This document shows positions 27,577 to 36,184 of a stretch of DNA of 64,000 nt, in pieces. The stretch is from contig DAHXLB010000032.1 in the NCBI GenBank assembly GCA_027371855.1, positions 10,844 through 74,843 on the forward strand, given 5' to 3'. Both the position numbers and the translations under genes were made by a program. The DNA is from a bacterium. GTDB taxonomy: Bacteria > Patescibacteriota > Dojkabacteria > JAKAPS01 > JAJZLI01. Position 1 is the first letter of the stretch; each line of letters begins with the position of its first letter. Under the pieces are notes generated by a model, which was not told the DNA's origin, did not search any database, and saw only the letters and a list, made by a program, of their open reading frames with translations.

Positions 27577-29189
27577 GGTGAGACATTAAATACTATAGAA
27601 AAAGGAACGTTAAAGCTTTCTTGAAAATTGGATATAGGCATTTGAATATTAGAGAATAATGGTGCAAGACTTTGTATATTTGATGATAACAGTATTATTT
27701 GCTGTCTATTTACTGCAGTTCCAGACATAGTTATTTGCCATTGTGGGATGGATGTTTTGCTAGCATTTATGAGTTTTATATTGGAGACAACCATGTTAGC
27801 TGGGACAACTGAGGCCAGCTTTATTAGCGTAGGAGACCAAACATTTTGTGTTTGATATACCTTGGATACCGTGGATAATGTAGCGTTAAGGGTGTTAATG
27901 CTACTGGCAACTCCTTGATATTTTGGATTGTTAGTATAGGCAGTATATTGTGTAACTTGAGCTTTCTCAGAGTTTATAGTTTGCATATTTTGATAGTTTA
28001 ATGCAAGAAAAAGCAAGGCAAGAAGAAAAAAATTGAAAAGCAATATTTTTAGTGCATTTATTGTATATTGTATAAAATATTGTCTTATTGCTTTTGAGTT
28101 TTGCTCTTTTGGAATTAGATTTATATATGCTATATTTTTTATTTTATTTGCAAGTTCAACTCCAATAATTGGTATATAAGGAGAGATTTTTTCATGCTTT
28201 TCCCATTGTAGTACAGGATATACTTTTATATCTATAGTAGCCTGCTCAACCTTGATTTTAGTATTCTTTTGTACATGTTCTAGTATTCCACGTATACTTG
28301 CTGCTTCACCATAAAGGTATACCTTTGATATTTTATCTTCACCATAAAAATTTACAGCCTTTTTAAGCTCAGTATCTAGTGTTTCAAATAGGGCATTAAT
28401 ATGGGTTTGCAGTTCAGGGTCTTTTTGCTCGGTCCCATCTTTTGTGATAAATTCTTTTACCTGATCGTCGTTGAGTTTTTTATATTCTCCTATTACTTTT
28501 GTAATTTGATTCATCCCAAAATAAAAAGATGAGGAAAATTGTATGGCATCTTTTTTTGTAATTGATATATTGGTTACACTTGTTCCTATATCAATAAGAA
28601 GAAATTCTGAATTCATATCTTTTTCTGCTCGTGACCCAGTTATGGCCCTTAGAGCAGACCTTGATCTACTTTCATACATTAGTGGTGTTAAATGAACAAG
28701 GTGCAGTGTTTCAGTTATAGAGTCAGTAGTTTCTTTTGTGACTGCTGTTATTACTATTTCGTAATTTTTATCATCTTCTTGCAATATATCAAAAGTCCAA
28801 TAAATATCTTCTTCTTTCATTGGGACGAATGATGATAGTTGCAATGACAAAGCTCCTTTAATTTTTTTTCTATCTATTTTTGGAAGGTTTATTATCTGTG
28901 TGTATATTTGGTCATCTGGAAGTGTAACTACAGCGAACCTAGTCTTTATCCTTTTGGGGTTTTTTACCAGTAAAGCCTCTTTCAATTTGTTTGCAACTAC
29001 ATCTTTCTGTCTAATGACGCCTGCTACAAATGCTGTAGCAGGAAGTTCACTTTCACTTATTGAGATTAGAGAATAAAAATCTTTCTTCTTTTCAAATTGA
29101 ACAACTTTTACAGAACCTGGGGATATATCAACTCCAACAACCTTTTTACGTTTTAAAATTTCTCTGAGCAGATTTTCCATATAATACAT
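27573..29189 (-). CDS. pilM: PilM-PilN fusion (actin-like ATPase domain plus TM plus PilN-like domain)
   Basis: The N-terminus VVGVDISPGSVKVVQF matches the PilM/FtsA-like phosphate-1 motif. An internal TM (ILLFNFFLLALLFLAL) occurs around aa 375, followed by a C-terminal PilN-like region. Confidence 0.65.
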   Translation of the reverse strand: MYYMENLLREILKRKKVVGVDISPGSVKVVQFEKKKDFYSLISISESELPATAFVAGVIRQKDVVANKLKEALLVKNPKRIKTRFAVVTLPDDQIYTQIINLPKIDRKKIKGALSLQLSSFVPMKEEDIYWTFDILQEDDKNYEIVITAVTKETTDSITETLHLVHLTPLMYESRSRSALRAITGSRAEKDMNSEFLLIDIGTSVTNISITKKDAIQFSSSFYFGMNQITKVIGEYKKLNDDQVKEFITKDGTEQKDPELQTHINALFETLDTELKKAVNFYGEDKISKVYLYGEAASIRGILEHVQKNTKIKVEQATIDIKVYPVLQWEKHEKISPYIPIIGVELANKIKNIAYINLIPKEQNSKAIRQYFIQYTINALKILLFNFFLLALLFLALNYQNMQTINSEKAQVTQYTAYTNNPKYQGVASSINTLNATLSTVSKVYQTQNVWSPTLIKLASVVPANMVVSNIKLINASKTSIPQWQITMSGTAVNRQQIILLSSNIQSLAPLFSNIQMPISNFQESFNVPFSIVFNVSP

Positions 29190-29277
29190 ATTACAGTATT
29201 TTTTAGAAATTTAAAATTGTACTAAATATTTATATTTTTTGATTGAAAAAGTATTCTTAAAAGTATAAAATGGAGGT

Positions 29278-29544
29278 ATGTATTATAATAGTTGTGGATA
29301 CAATTTTATGGGACCAATAGAAGGTATTTTTATAGCCCTTGGGTGGGTTATTTTTGCTATTTTTATAATACTCATTTTTAGATATATAGGGAGAGGTTCA
29401 ACGCATCGTCACGGTCATATGTTCGACCATGGTATCTCAGATTCATCTGACCCAAAGGATATCCTAAAAACAAGATATGCCAAAGGTGAGGTAACAAAAG
29501 ATGAATACTTAGATATTTTAAAAACACTAGAATCAAAGTCTTAA
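29278..29544 (+). CDS. small membrane protein with C-terminal SHOCT domain
   Basis: TM helix followed by ILKTRYAKGEVTKDEYLDILKTL, a SHOCT-like motif. Confidence 0.5.
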   Translation: MYYNSCGYNFMGPIEGIFIALGWVIFAIFIILIFRYIGRGSTHRHGHMFDHGISDSSDPKDILKTRYAKGEVTKDEYLDILKTLESKS

Positions 29545-29570
29545 GGATTAAGATTCTAGATAAATAGAAA

Positions 29571-29882
29571 ATGCCAGTAAGAAACTTGAATGATAAAATA
29601 ATTTTTGGTGTATGTTCTGGATTATCAGAATATTACAGTATCGATGTTGTAGTTTTAAGGCTTATATTTATTGTAGGATTCCTATTTATGGGGATTACAA
29701 TAATTGTTTATCTGGTATTAGCTTTAATTATGCCTACAGAAATACAACATACCGTGGGAGACAAAAAATCTGATGATATATCATCTAAGGATAGTGCACT
29801 TAAAATATTAAAAGAGAGGTTGGCTCGTGGGGAGATAACAAAAGATGAATTTGAAGATATGAAAAAGACTTTAGGGTATTAG
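29571..29882 (+). CDS. PspC-domain membrane protein with C-terminal SHOCT domain
   Basis: DKIIFGVCSGLSEYYSIDVVVLRLIFIV...LIMP matches the PspC domain. The C-terminal ILKERLARGEITKDEFEDMKKTL is a SHOCT motif. Confidence 0.6.
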   Translation: MPVRNLNDKIIFGVCSGLSEYYSIDVVVLRLIFIVGFLFMGITIIVYLVLALIMPTEIQHTVGDKKSDDISSKDSALKILKERLARGEITKDEFEDMKKTLGY

Positions 29883-29889
29883 GTGAAAT

Positions 29890-31299
29890 CTAATTTAGTG
29901 TTTGCCAGGACAGTATAGACATTTTTGTATTTGTAAGACTGAATCCTTCTGTATTTGTTATTATACTAGAGTTTATAGTAACACCTATATTTATATTCTG
30001 TTCATCATTTCCGCTATCACCAAGTTGTATCCTATTTCCTGACCAAATAGCCCCATTCACAGTTACATCTATAGTGGCTGATGGGTCATAACCTAGGATA
30101 TTCACAGTTCCTGGAGAATATATGATTCCAGTAATGTTTATTCCAGACGGATTTTGAGTAACATCATTAGATATTGTTAGTCCTTGTTTTCCCGTAATGA
30201 TCGCAGGCAAATACTTACCTGTCGATGGATCTGTGAAAGGATCTGTTTGTACCCATCCAGCATATGTTTTTAGTTCATTTTTTACAATTATGGTTGATCC
30301 GGTAAAATTATATGTTATTACATTTCCGGAGCTATCTTGATAAGGAAGCGTTTGTTGATTAGAGCTAGAATCAATGTAATACACTCCAGAGGGAGGAGAC
30401 ATTGTATCAATTCCTCCAGAGATAGATGAGTAATTTTCAAGATATGCATAAAATTGGGTAGCATTTGAGAAATAAGTCCCATTAGTTTGGGAATAGGATA
30501 TCCAGGGAGAAGTATTAAATGTTGGCAAATTAATTTGTGGGGAGGGAGATACCTGGCTTTCTGATCCGATGGTATCATTAGATAGATAGCAGAGCGGGAA
30601 ACCAAAGAAGCTTGTTCCGTAACCTAGTTCTCCAGAAATACTACTGTTGGTGATCCAACATGATAGAAAATTACCATTCAAATTGACAATTCCTCCTGTG
30701 TTAGAAATTGTCATACTATTAAAATAGTTACTCCAACCCCCTCCATTGCCGACTGCATTTATTGCCTGTGCAGTAATAGTCCCGTTAGTAAAATACAAAA
30801 GATTGTTAGATTGTATATCTCCTTGATCCTGGAAATAATTTCCATAAATAGAGTTGTTTGCAAACATTCCATAGTTATAAATACTAGGGTTTACTCCTAA
30901 AGATGTGACCACCTGTATTGTTTTTTCTGTTAAAATTGAGCCTGAAGGAGACGTTATTATAGCTTTAGATGTTATGGTGGCTTGATTGGGTGTAACATCT
31001 GTATTGTATGAAACAGTAACATTGTCAGTCCCATTTAAAGTAGTATTTATGGGTGATACAAATGATCCTCCTGTATAAGAATTAGAGCTTTCTCCTATCT
31101 GAAGTAATGCATTCTCAATTCCTGATTCTGCAAAATATTTTACCTGTCCAGATAAAATATCGTTTGATGATAAGATATATTCATTTACAGCAATTGAACT
31201 TATAGTCGTAATTGTTGCAAGAAGTATTGCAGATAGTATTATTACTGATATTAGGGCAGCTTGCCCTTTTTTATTTTCTTTGAGTTGCTGCAGTTTCAT
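29890..31299 (-). CDS. large pilus-associated protein (ComGG/PilY1-like tip or minor pilin candidate)
   Basis: N-terminal pilin-like hydrophobic helix KKGQAALISVIILSAILLATITT that lacks Glu at +5, followed by a 430-aa S/T/N/G-rich extracellular domain. It is the last gene of the pilC-minor pilin operon. Confidence 0.45.
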   Translation of the reverse strand: MKLQQLKENKKGQAALISVIILSAILLATITTISSIAVNEYILSSNDILSGQVKYFAESGIENALLQIGESSNSYTGGSFVSPINTTLNGTDNVTVSYNTDVTPNQATITSKAIITSPSGSILTEKTIQVVTSLGVNPSIYNYGMFANNSIYGNYFQDQGDIQSNNLLYFTNGTITAQAINAVGNGGGWSNYFNSMTISNTGGIVNLNGNFLSCWITNSSISGELGYGTSFFGFPLCYLSNDTIGSESQVSPSPQINLPTFNTSPWISYSQTNGTYFSNATQFYAYLENYSSISGGIDTMSPPSGVYYIDSSSNQQTLPYQDSSGNVITYNFTGSTIIVKNELKTYAGWVQTDPFTDPSTGKYLPAIITGKQGLTISNDVTQNPSGINITGIIYSPGTVNILGYDPSATIDVTVNGAIWSGNRIQLGDSGNDEQNINIGVTINSSIITNTEGFSLTNTKMSILSWQTLN

Positions 31300-31885
31300 A
31301 TGTTAATGATGTTTTAATACCTGTTGTTCCAACATTAGTTTCAGTTAAAGTTATAAACACAGTAGGTGAGATTCCAGTATTTGCTTCCTCAATAAATTGT
31401 AGGTTAAATGTGTAGACATTAGAAGAGGACAAAGCTAATGCTGGTTGATCATTTATTTGAGAATAAATAACTCCATTTTGTGAATAGAAGCTTATGGTAT
31501 CTCCGCTTGAATCTGTTTGTACTGTAAGTTCAGAAGAGGTAACATTCCCAGAATTTGGAAGTGTTACCTGGTATCCATACTCAATATTTTGTGTCATTTC
31601 TTTCATTGCTATTCTTACTGTATCATTTGCATTAGCTGTAGTTGTTATAGTATTTTGGAATATAGATAGATTGAATAGTATTATTGTAACAGTAACTAAT
31701 ATTATTGATAGAAGTGTTATATATAACAATAGCTCTATTAGAGTATCACCTTGGGTCCAGATCCCTTCATTATTTTTTAATTGTTTTTTTAGATATGAAA
31801 TCTTCATGTTAAAATTGTTGCCAATCTGTAAAATATTCACTTTCTTGGTAAGTATATGTTTGTCCCAAAGAGGTGAAAGATACAA
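31271..31885 (-). CDS. prepilin-type minor pilin
   Basis: G|DTLIELLLYITLLSIILVTV has the class III signal with Glu at +5. Confidence 0.6.
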   Translation of the reverse strand: MYLSPLWDKHILTKKVNILQIGNNFNMKISYLKKQLKNNEGIWTQGDTLIELLLYITLLSIILVTVTIILFNLSIFQNTITTTANANDTVRIAMKEMTQNIEYGYQVTLPNSGNVTSSELTVQTDSSGDTISFYSQNGVIYSQINDQPALALSSSNVYTFNLQFIEEANTGISPTVFITLTETNVGTTGIKTSLTYETAATQRK

Positions 31886-32303
31886 CTGCTGTTGCCTCTC
31901 TAGTATTAGGATCTTGTGGATATGTACTTGAAGAAGAAAGTGTATTTGTATTTACTCTATAAGCATAAGATACTGTTACATATTCTGTATATATACCGTA
32001 ACTTGTTTGTCCTGGGTATAAAGCCCATCCTTGTGTTTGTAACGGAGGATTATTTGTTGCCGTATATGCAAGGTAATATTGTCCTGGGATAAAGTCAGAC
32101 CAAGATTGATTCTGTAACGCATAAAGGTTTTCTAATTCTAGTGATAAAAGATATTTTGCCTCTAGTCTCTGATTTGATAATTCTATTGGTTTTTCTATCG
32201 GTGTTATTAAAAATAATGATGAAGTTAACAGTATGCCTATTATTGTTATAGATATTAGAAGTTCAATTAGAAGTTGTCCAGAATTGTTAGTATATTGCCC
32301 CAT
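31809..32303 (-). CDS. prepilin-type minor pilin
   Basis: SG|QLLIELLISITIIGILL has the class III signal with Glu at +5. Confidence 0.6.
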   Translation of the reverse strand: MGQYTNNSGQLLIELLISITIIGILLTSSLFLITPIEKPIELSNQRLEAKYLLSLELENLYALQNQSWSDFIPGQYYLAYTATNNPPLQTQGWALYPGQTSYGIYTEYVTVSYAYRVNTNTLSSSSTYPQDPNTREATAVVSFTSLGQTYTYQESEYFTDWQQF

Positions 32304-32769
32304 TTTGATTTATGCTAATTATTTTAGAAGAGAATGAATTTCCGAGGGTAAAACTTATTCCAGAATTTTGCAACATACCATTTTGTGCACTAAACACAAT
32401 TGGGTTGTTATTTGAGGGTAAAATATTGGTTATATTAAGACTGAATGGAAGATAATATACTTGGTTTGAGGGATTAGAGCTTGAATATAAAGACCCAGGG
32501 AACAGTGTTACTGTAGTTTGAGTAAAGTAAACTCCATATGTAGAAACACCGCCAGTATTATTCATTGCATCATCTTGGGATTGTTTTACTATTGAAGAGA
32601 TGGTTTGTGTTGCATTATTGGTATTAGTATCTGCAAGTAGTACAAAATAAGCAATGCTTGAGGCTGTTGCAAGAATAGCAGTTATAGTTATGGTTATGAG
32701 CAGTTCAATTAGAGTGAATCCAAGGGATCCGGATCCCTTTAAGTTTAGTTTGTTTGAGGTAGTTTTCAT
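32287..32769 (-). CDS. prepilin-type minor pilin
   Basis: SLG|FTLIELLITITITAILA has the class III signal with Glu at +5. Confidence 0.65.
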   Translation of the reverse strand: MKTTSNKLNLKGSGSLGFTLIELLITITITAILATASSIAYFVLLADTNTNNATQTISSIVKQSQDDAMNNTGGVSTYGVYFTQTTVTLFPGSLYSSSNPSNQVYYLPFSLNITNILPSNNNPIVFSAQNGMLQNSGISFTLGNSFSSKIISINQNGAIY

Positions 32770-32791
32770 TGGTTTTAAATTATAAATATTA

Positions 32792-34039
32792 CTAACCGCC
32801 TGATCCAGATCCGCTTGATTGAGTGGTTCCTGTTGTAGAATTAATAGATCCTGTCATTTGATAGATAGGCATTATTACCGATAAGGCTATAAGAAGGACT
32901 CCACCTCCCATAACAAGAAGCATTATAGGTTCTATTATTGTAGACAGATTGGAAAGTGTATCGTCTATTTGTTCTTGATAAAATTGAGCGACAGACAGTA
33001 GCATCTCTGATGTATTCCCAGTTTTATCTCCAACCGCTATCATTCTTACTGAAATCTTTGGAAACAAAAAAGGATATTTATCTAGAGTCTCAGCAATACC
33101 CCCTCCTTTTTCTACTTCTCTAGATAATTCATCAATGGCTGATTTGTAGGCTTCATTTTCAATTGTATCCCCGGTTATTTTTATAGCTTGATTTATTTGA
33201 ATTCCACTCTTAATTAAATTTCCAAGGGTTCTTGTAAAGCTCGTGATATTGATTTTTTTTATTATTAACCCAAATATAGGTATACGTAAAGATATTTTAT
33301 TCCAATACAATTTGAATTTTTTTAGTTTTAATAATCTTCTAAATGTAATTATTAGTGCTATAACAATAACTACAACTTCAGCTCCATAATGAGTTAGGAC
33401 ATAGGATATTCCAAGCATGATTTGTGTTGGTGGGGGTAAAGTCTCTTTTGATTGTTTAAACATTGCTCCAAGCTGTGGAAATATGAATATAATTAATCCA
33501 ATACTTACAATTATCATGACTGAGAATATTACAGTAGGGTATAACATAGCACCCTTAACTTTTTTGTGTAATTCATAGGCTTTTTGAACTTGGTCCCTAA
33601 TTAGTGCTGCATTTTCAGGTAAGGTTCCACTAGTTTCTCCGATTTCTATCATCTTCACAGCTAATGGAGAGAAGACATTTTCATATTTTGACATTCCTTT
33701 GGACAGAGAATTCCCAGTTTCTATTTCATATTTTAGATCTCCAATTATTTTTTTAAAATTTGGAGATTGTGCATCGTCAACAAGTACAGTAAGTGTATCT
33801 GATAATGATAATCCTGCGGTTATCATTTTTTCAAGATGATCAAAAAACACTAGTTTTTCAAGTATGCTGATTTTCTTTTTACTTATTTTGCCTTTTTGAT
33901 CTTTTGGATCAGAAATATCTAGTACGGTTTTCCCCCCATCCTTAAGTATGTTTATAGCTTCTTCTCTTGAGGAGGCCGTTATTATGGCATTCTCAATAGT
34001 TCCATCTTCCTTTGTTGCTTCATATTTAAATTCGGACAT
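32792..34039 (-). CDS. pilC: type IV pilus assembly platform protein PilC (GspF family)
   Basis: 415 aa with two cytoplasmic GspF-like repeats and three TM segments. It heads the minor-pilin operon. Confidence 0.8.
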   Translation of the reverse strand: MSEFKYEATKEDGTIENAIITASSREEAINILKDGGKTVLDISDPKDQKGKISKKKISILEKLVFFDHLEKMITAGLSLSDTLTVLVDDAQSPNFKKIIGDLKYEIETGNSLSKGMSKYENVFSPLAVKMIEIGETSGTLPENAALIRDQVQKAYELHKKVKGAMLYPTVIFSVMIIVSIGLIIFIFPQLGAMFKQSKETLPPPTQIMLGISYVLTHYGAEVVVIVIALIITFRRLLKLKKFKLYWNKISLRIPIFGLIIKKINITSFTRTLGNLIKSGIQINQAIKITGDTIENEAYKSAIDELSREVEKGGGIAETLDKYPFLFPKISVRMIAVGDKTGNTSEMLLSVAQFYQEQIDDTLSNLSTIIEPIMLLVMGGGVLLIALSVIMPIYQMTGSINSTTGTTQSSGSGSGG

Positions 34040-34077
34040 ATACTAAATATATAAAGAATCTGATATAAAGGCAATAG

Positions 34078-34149
34078 GATCAGATCTTGAGATTTTAATC
34101 CTAGGATTAAAATCATAGGGTTGCACTCCTAGGGTCTAGGTCATAGAGT
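34078..34149. repeat. palindromic mini-repeat cluster including a perfect 24-bp palindrome
   Basis: GGATCAGATCTTGAGAT, then the perfect palindrome GATTTTAATCCTAGGATTAAAATC at 34091-34114, then CTCCTAGGGTCTAGGTC. It lies in the divergent pilC/GGDEF intergenic region. Confidence 0.7.
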
Positions 34150-34189
34150 GTGGATGTGTATATATTTAATGTTTTGATATAATAATCTT

Positions 34190-34780
34190 ATGGAAGATAA
34201 AGTCGTAGCTCAAGAACATAAGGTTCAAGGGAAAACTGAATTATCGGAGCTTCAATATACAGTTGAGGCACTAAGAAGAGAAATTTCTTCGCTTAAAGAA
34301 GAAAACGAAAGGTTGCAAGAAGAATCAGTCACAGATGGTCTTACCGGGGCATATAATAAAAAGTTTTTACAAAGCCATGAACTTAAAAGAGAGTTAGATT
34401 CAAGATTTGAAAGGGGTGAGTTGTTTGCTATAGTTGTATCAGACCTAGATCATTTAAAAGCTGTTAATGATAGCATGGGGCATGAGGAAGGGGATTTATA
34501 TATTAAAAAATTTACAGAACTTTTAAGGGGGGCTTCCCGTCCTTATGATAGAGTTATAAGAATGGGGGGGGATGAATTCGTTGTAATTTTGTATGGAGTT
34601 CCCAAAGATGATAACGAGATTGTAAAAATGCGTCAAAGGATAAGAGAGGTTGTAGAAAAAGGAGGGTGTGAAGCCTCTTTTGGAATTGCAATTGCAACAA
34701 AAGATGTTCATGATTTAGAGGAAATGATTAATATAGCAGATAAAAATATGTATGATGACAAAAACAGTAGGAGAAAATGA
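34190..34780 (+). CDS. GGDEF-domain diguanylate cyclase with N-terminal coiled coil
   Basis: DGLTGAYNKKF...SDLDHLKAVNDSMGHEEGD...RMGGDEFVV. The GGDEF active site is intact, as is a KxxD-type region. No obvious sensor domain or TM segment is present. Confidence 0.8.
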   Translation: MEDKVVAQEHKVQGKTELSELQYTVEALRREISSLKEENERLQEESVTDGLTGAYNKKFLQSHELKRELDSRFERGELFAIVVSDLDHLKAVNDSMGHEEGDLYIKKFTELLRGASRPYDRVIRMGGDEFVVILYGVPKDDNEIVKMRQRIREVVEKGGCEASFGIAIATKDVHDLEEMINIADKNMYDDKNSRRK

Positions 34781-36080
34781 ATCCGGTGTAAAAATTAGCA
34801 AAGTTGTAATTCTAGGTTCTGGATTTGGAGGTGTTAACGCTTATTTAAACCTACATAAATTAACTCACAAAAATAAATTAGTTGAATTTACCATAGTTTC
34901 TGATAAAAACTATTTTCTCTTTACTCCGTTGATCCATGAAGTTGCCACAGGAACCTTGGTCCCTGAAGATGTTATATCCCCAGTTAGAGGTAATATAGAT
35001 TGTTGTTTGACCGATTTTATTCTTGATACTGTTAAATCTATTGATTTGCAAGAAAATAAGGTTATTCTTAAAAATGGAGAGATCAAATATGACTATCTTG
35101 TTATAGCAACAGGGGCTTCATCTAATTTTAGGAATATTCCTGGTGCAAAGGAGTTTACTTTGCCTTTAAAAACATTAGAAGATGCAGTTTTAATAAAGAA
35201 TAAAATAATTGGGTTATTTGAAGAAAGAGAAGAGGAGGGAGAAAAAAAACAAATTAGGATTGCAATTGTGGGAGGAGGGCCTACTGGGATTGAAATTGCA
35301 ACTGAAATATCTGAATTTACTGATACTTTAATACCAAATTATTCCATATTTAAAAATAAAAAAACGGATATAGATATAAGAATTTTAAATGCCTCAGAGA
35401 ATTTCCTCCCTAATTTTCCTAAAAGATTAAAAAAAGAAGTATTTAATCTTTTTAGACTTGGAAAATCTCCTATATCTTTGATTTTGAATGCAAGGGCGAA
35501 AGAGGTTTTAGAAAATAAAATAATGTTAGAGGATCTAGATCCAGAGAATCTAGATTCAGAGCACCTAGGTGTAGAGAGCCTAGACAATAATATTTCTCAA
35601 AAAGAGAAAAGTGTTGATTTTGACATTGCTATTTGGGCAGCAGGTGTTAAGGCCAATGTTTCTATAATAGAGTCAAATCTTACTAAAACGGGAAGAATAT
35701 TGGTGACGGACAATCTAAATATTAGAGGGTTTGATAATGTCTTTGCAATAGGGGATGTTGCAGATTTTGAAAGTACATCCTTGTCTCAGCTCGCACAGAC
35801 AGCAGTTGACGAGTCTGAGGTTTGCGCTAGAAATATATATAATTTAATTACAGAAAAACCACTTTTACCTTTCGTATTTAAACAGAAAGGACTGATCTTA
35901 TCATTGGGGCATAATAATGCAGCTATCAGTATTGGAAAGAGTGTGTTTATGGGGAAATTCGCATGGTTTTTATGGAGGTATTTTTATCTATCTCAAATGT
36001 TTGGGAGAGGTTCTAAAGCAAAAATTCTCAGTAACTGGATACTTAATGAGTTTTCTCCTAGAGATATATCCAAAATTTAA
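34752..36080 (+). CDS. ndh: type II NADH dehydrogenase / pyridine nucleotide-disulfide oxidoreductase
   Basis: KVVILGSGFGGVNA is the first FAD GxGxxG motif, and IAIVGGGPTGIE is the second dinucleotide motif. An in-frame palindromic repeat insertion occurs at 35531-35585. Confidence 0.75.
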   Translation: MMTKTVGENESGVKISKVVILGSGFGGVNAYLNLHKLTHKNKLVEFTIVSDKNYFLFTPLIHEVATGTLVPEDVISPVRGNIDCCLTDFILDTVKSIDLQENKVILKNGEIKYDYLVIATGASSNFRNIPGAKEFTLPLKTLEDAVLIKNKIIGLFEEREEEGEKKQIRIAIVGGGPTGIEIATEISEFTDTLIPNYSIFKNKKTDIDIRILNASENFLPNFPKRLKKEVFNLFRLGKSPISLILNARAKEVLENKIMLEDLDPENLDSEHLGVESLDNNISQKEKSVDFDIAIWAAGVKANVSIIESNLTKTGRILVTDNLNIRGFDNVFAIGDVADFESTSLSQLAQTAVDESEVCARNIYNLITEKPLLPFVFKQKGLILSLGHNNAAISIGKSVFMGKFAWFLWRYFYLSQMFGRGSKAKILSNWILNEFSPRDISKI

Positions 36081-36184
36081 TGTTTGAACATAAAAATATG
36101 TAAACATTTTTATGTGGTAGTATATAATTAAATGTATATATTTAAAACTTGCAATATTATATGGTTCTCTGTTAAATATGTTGT

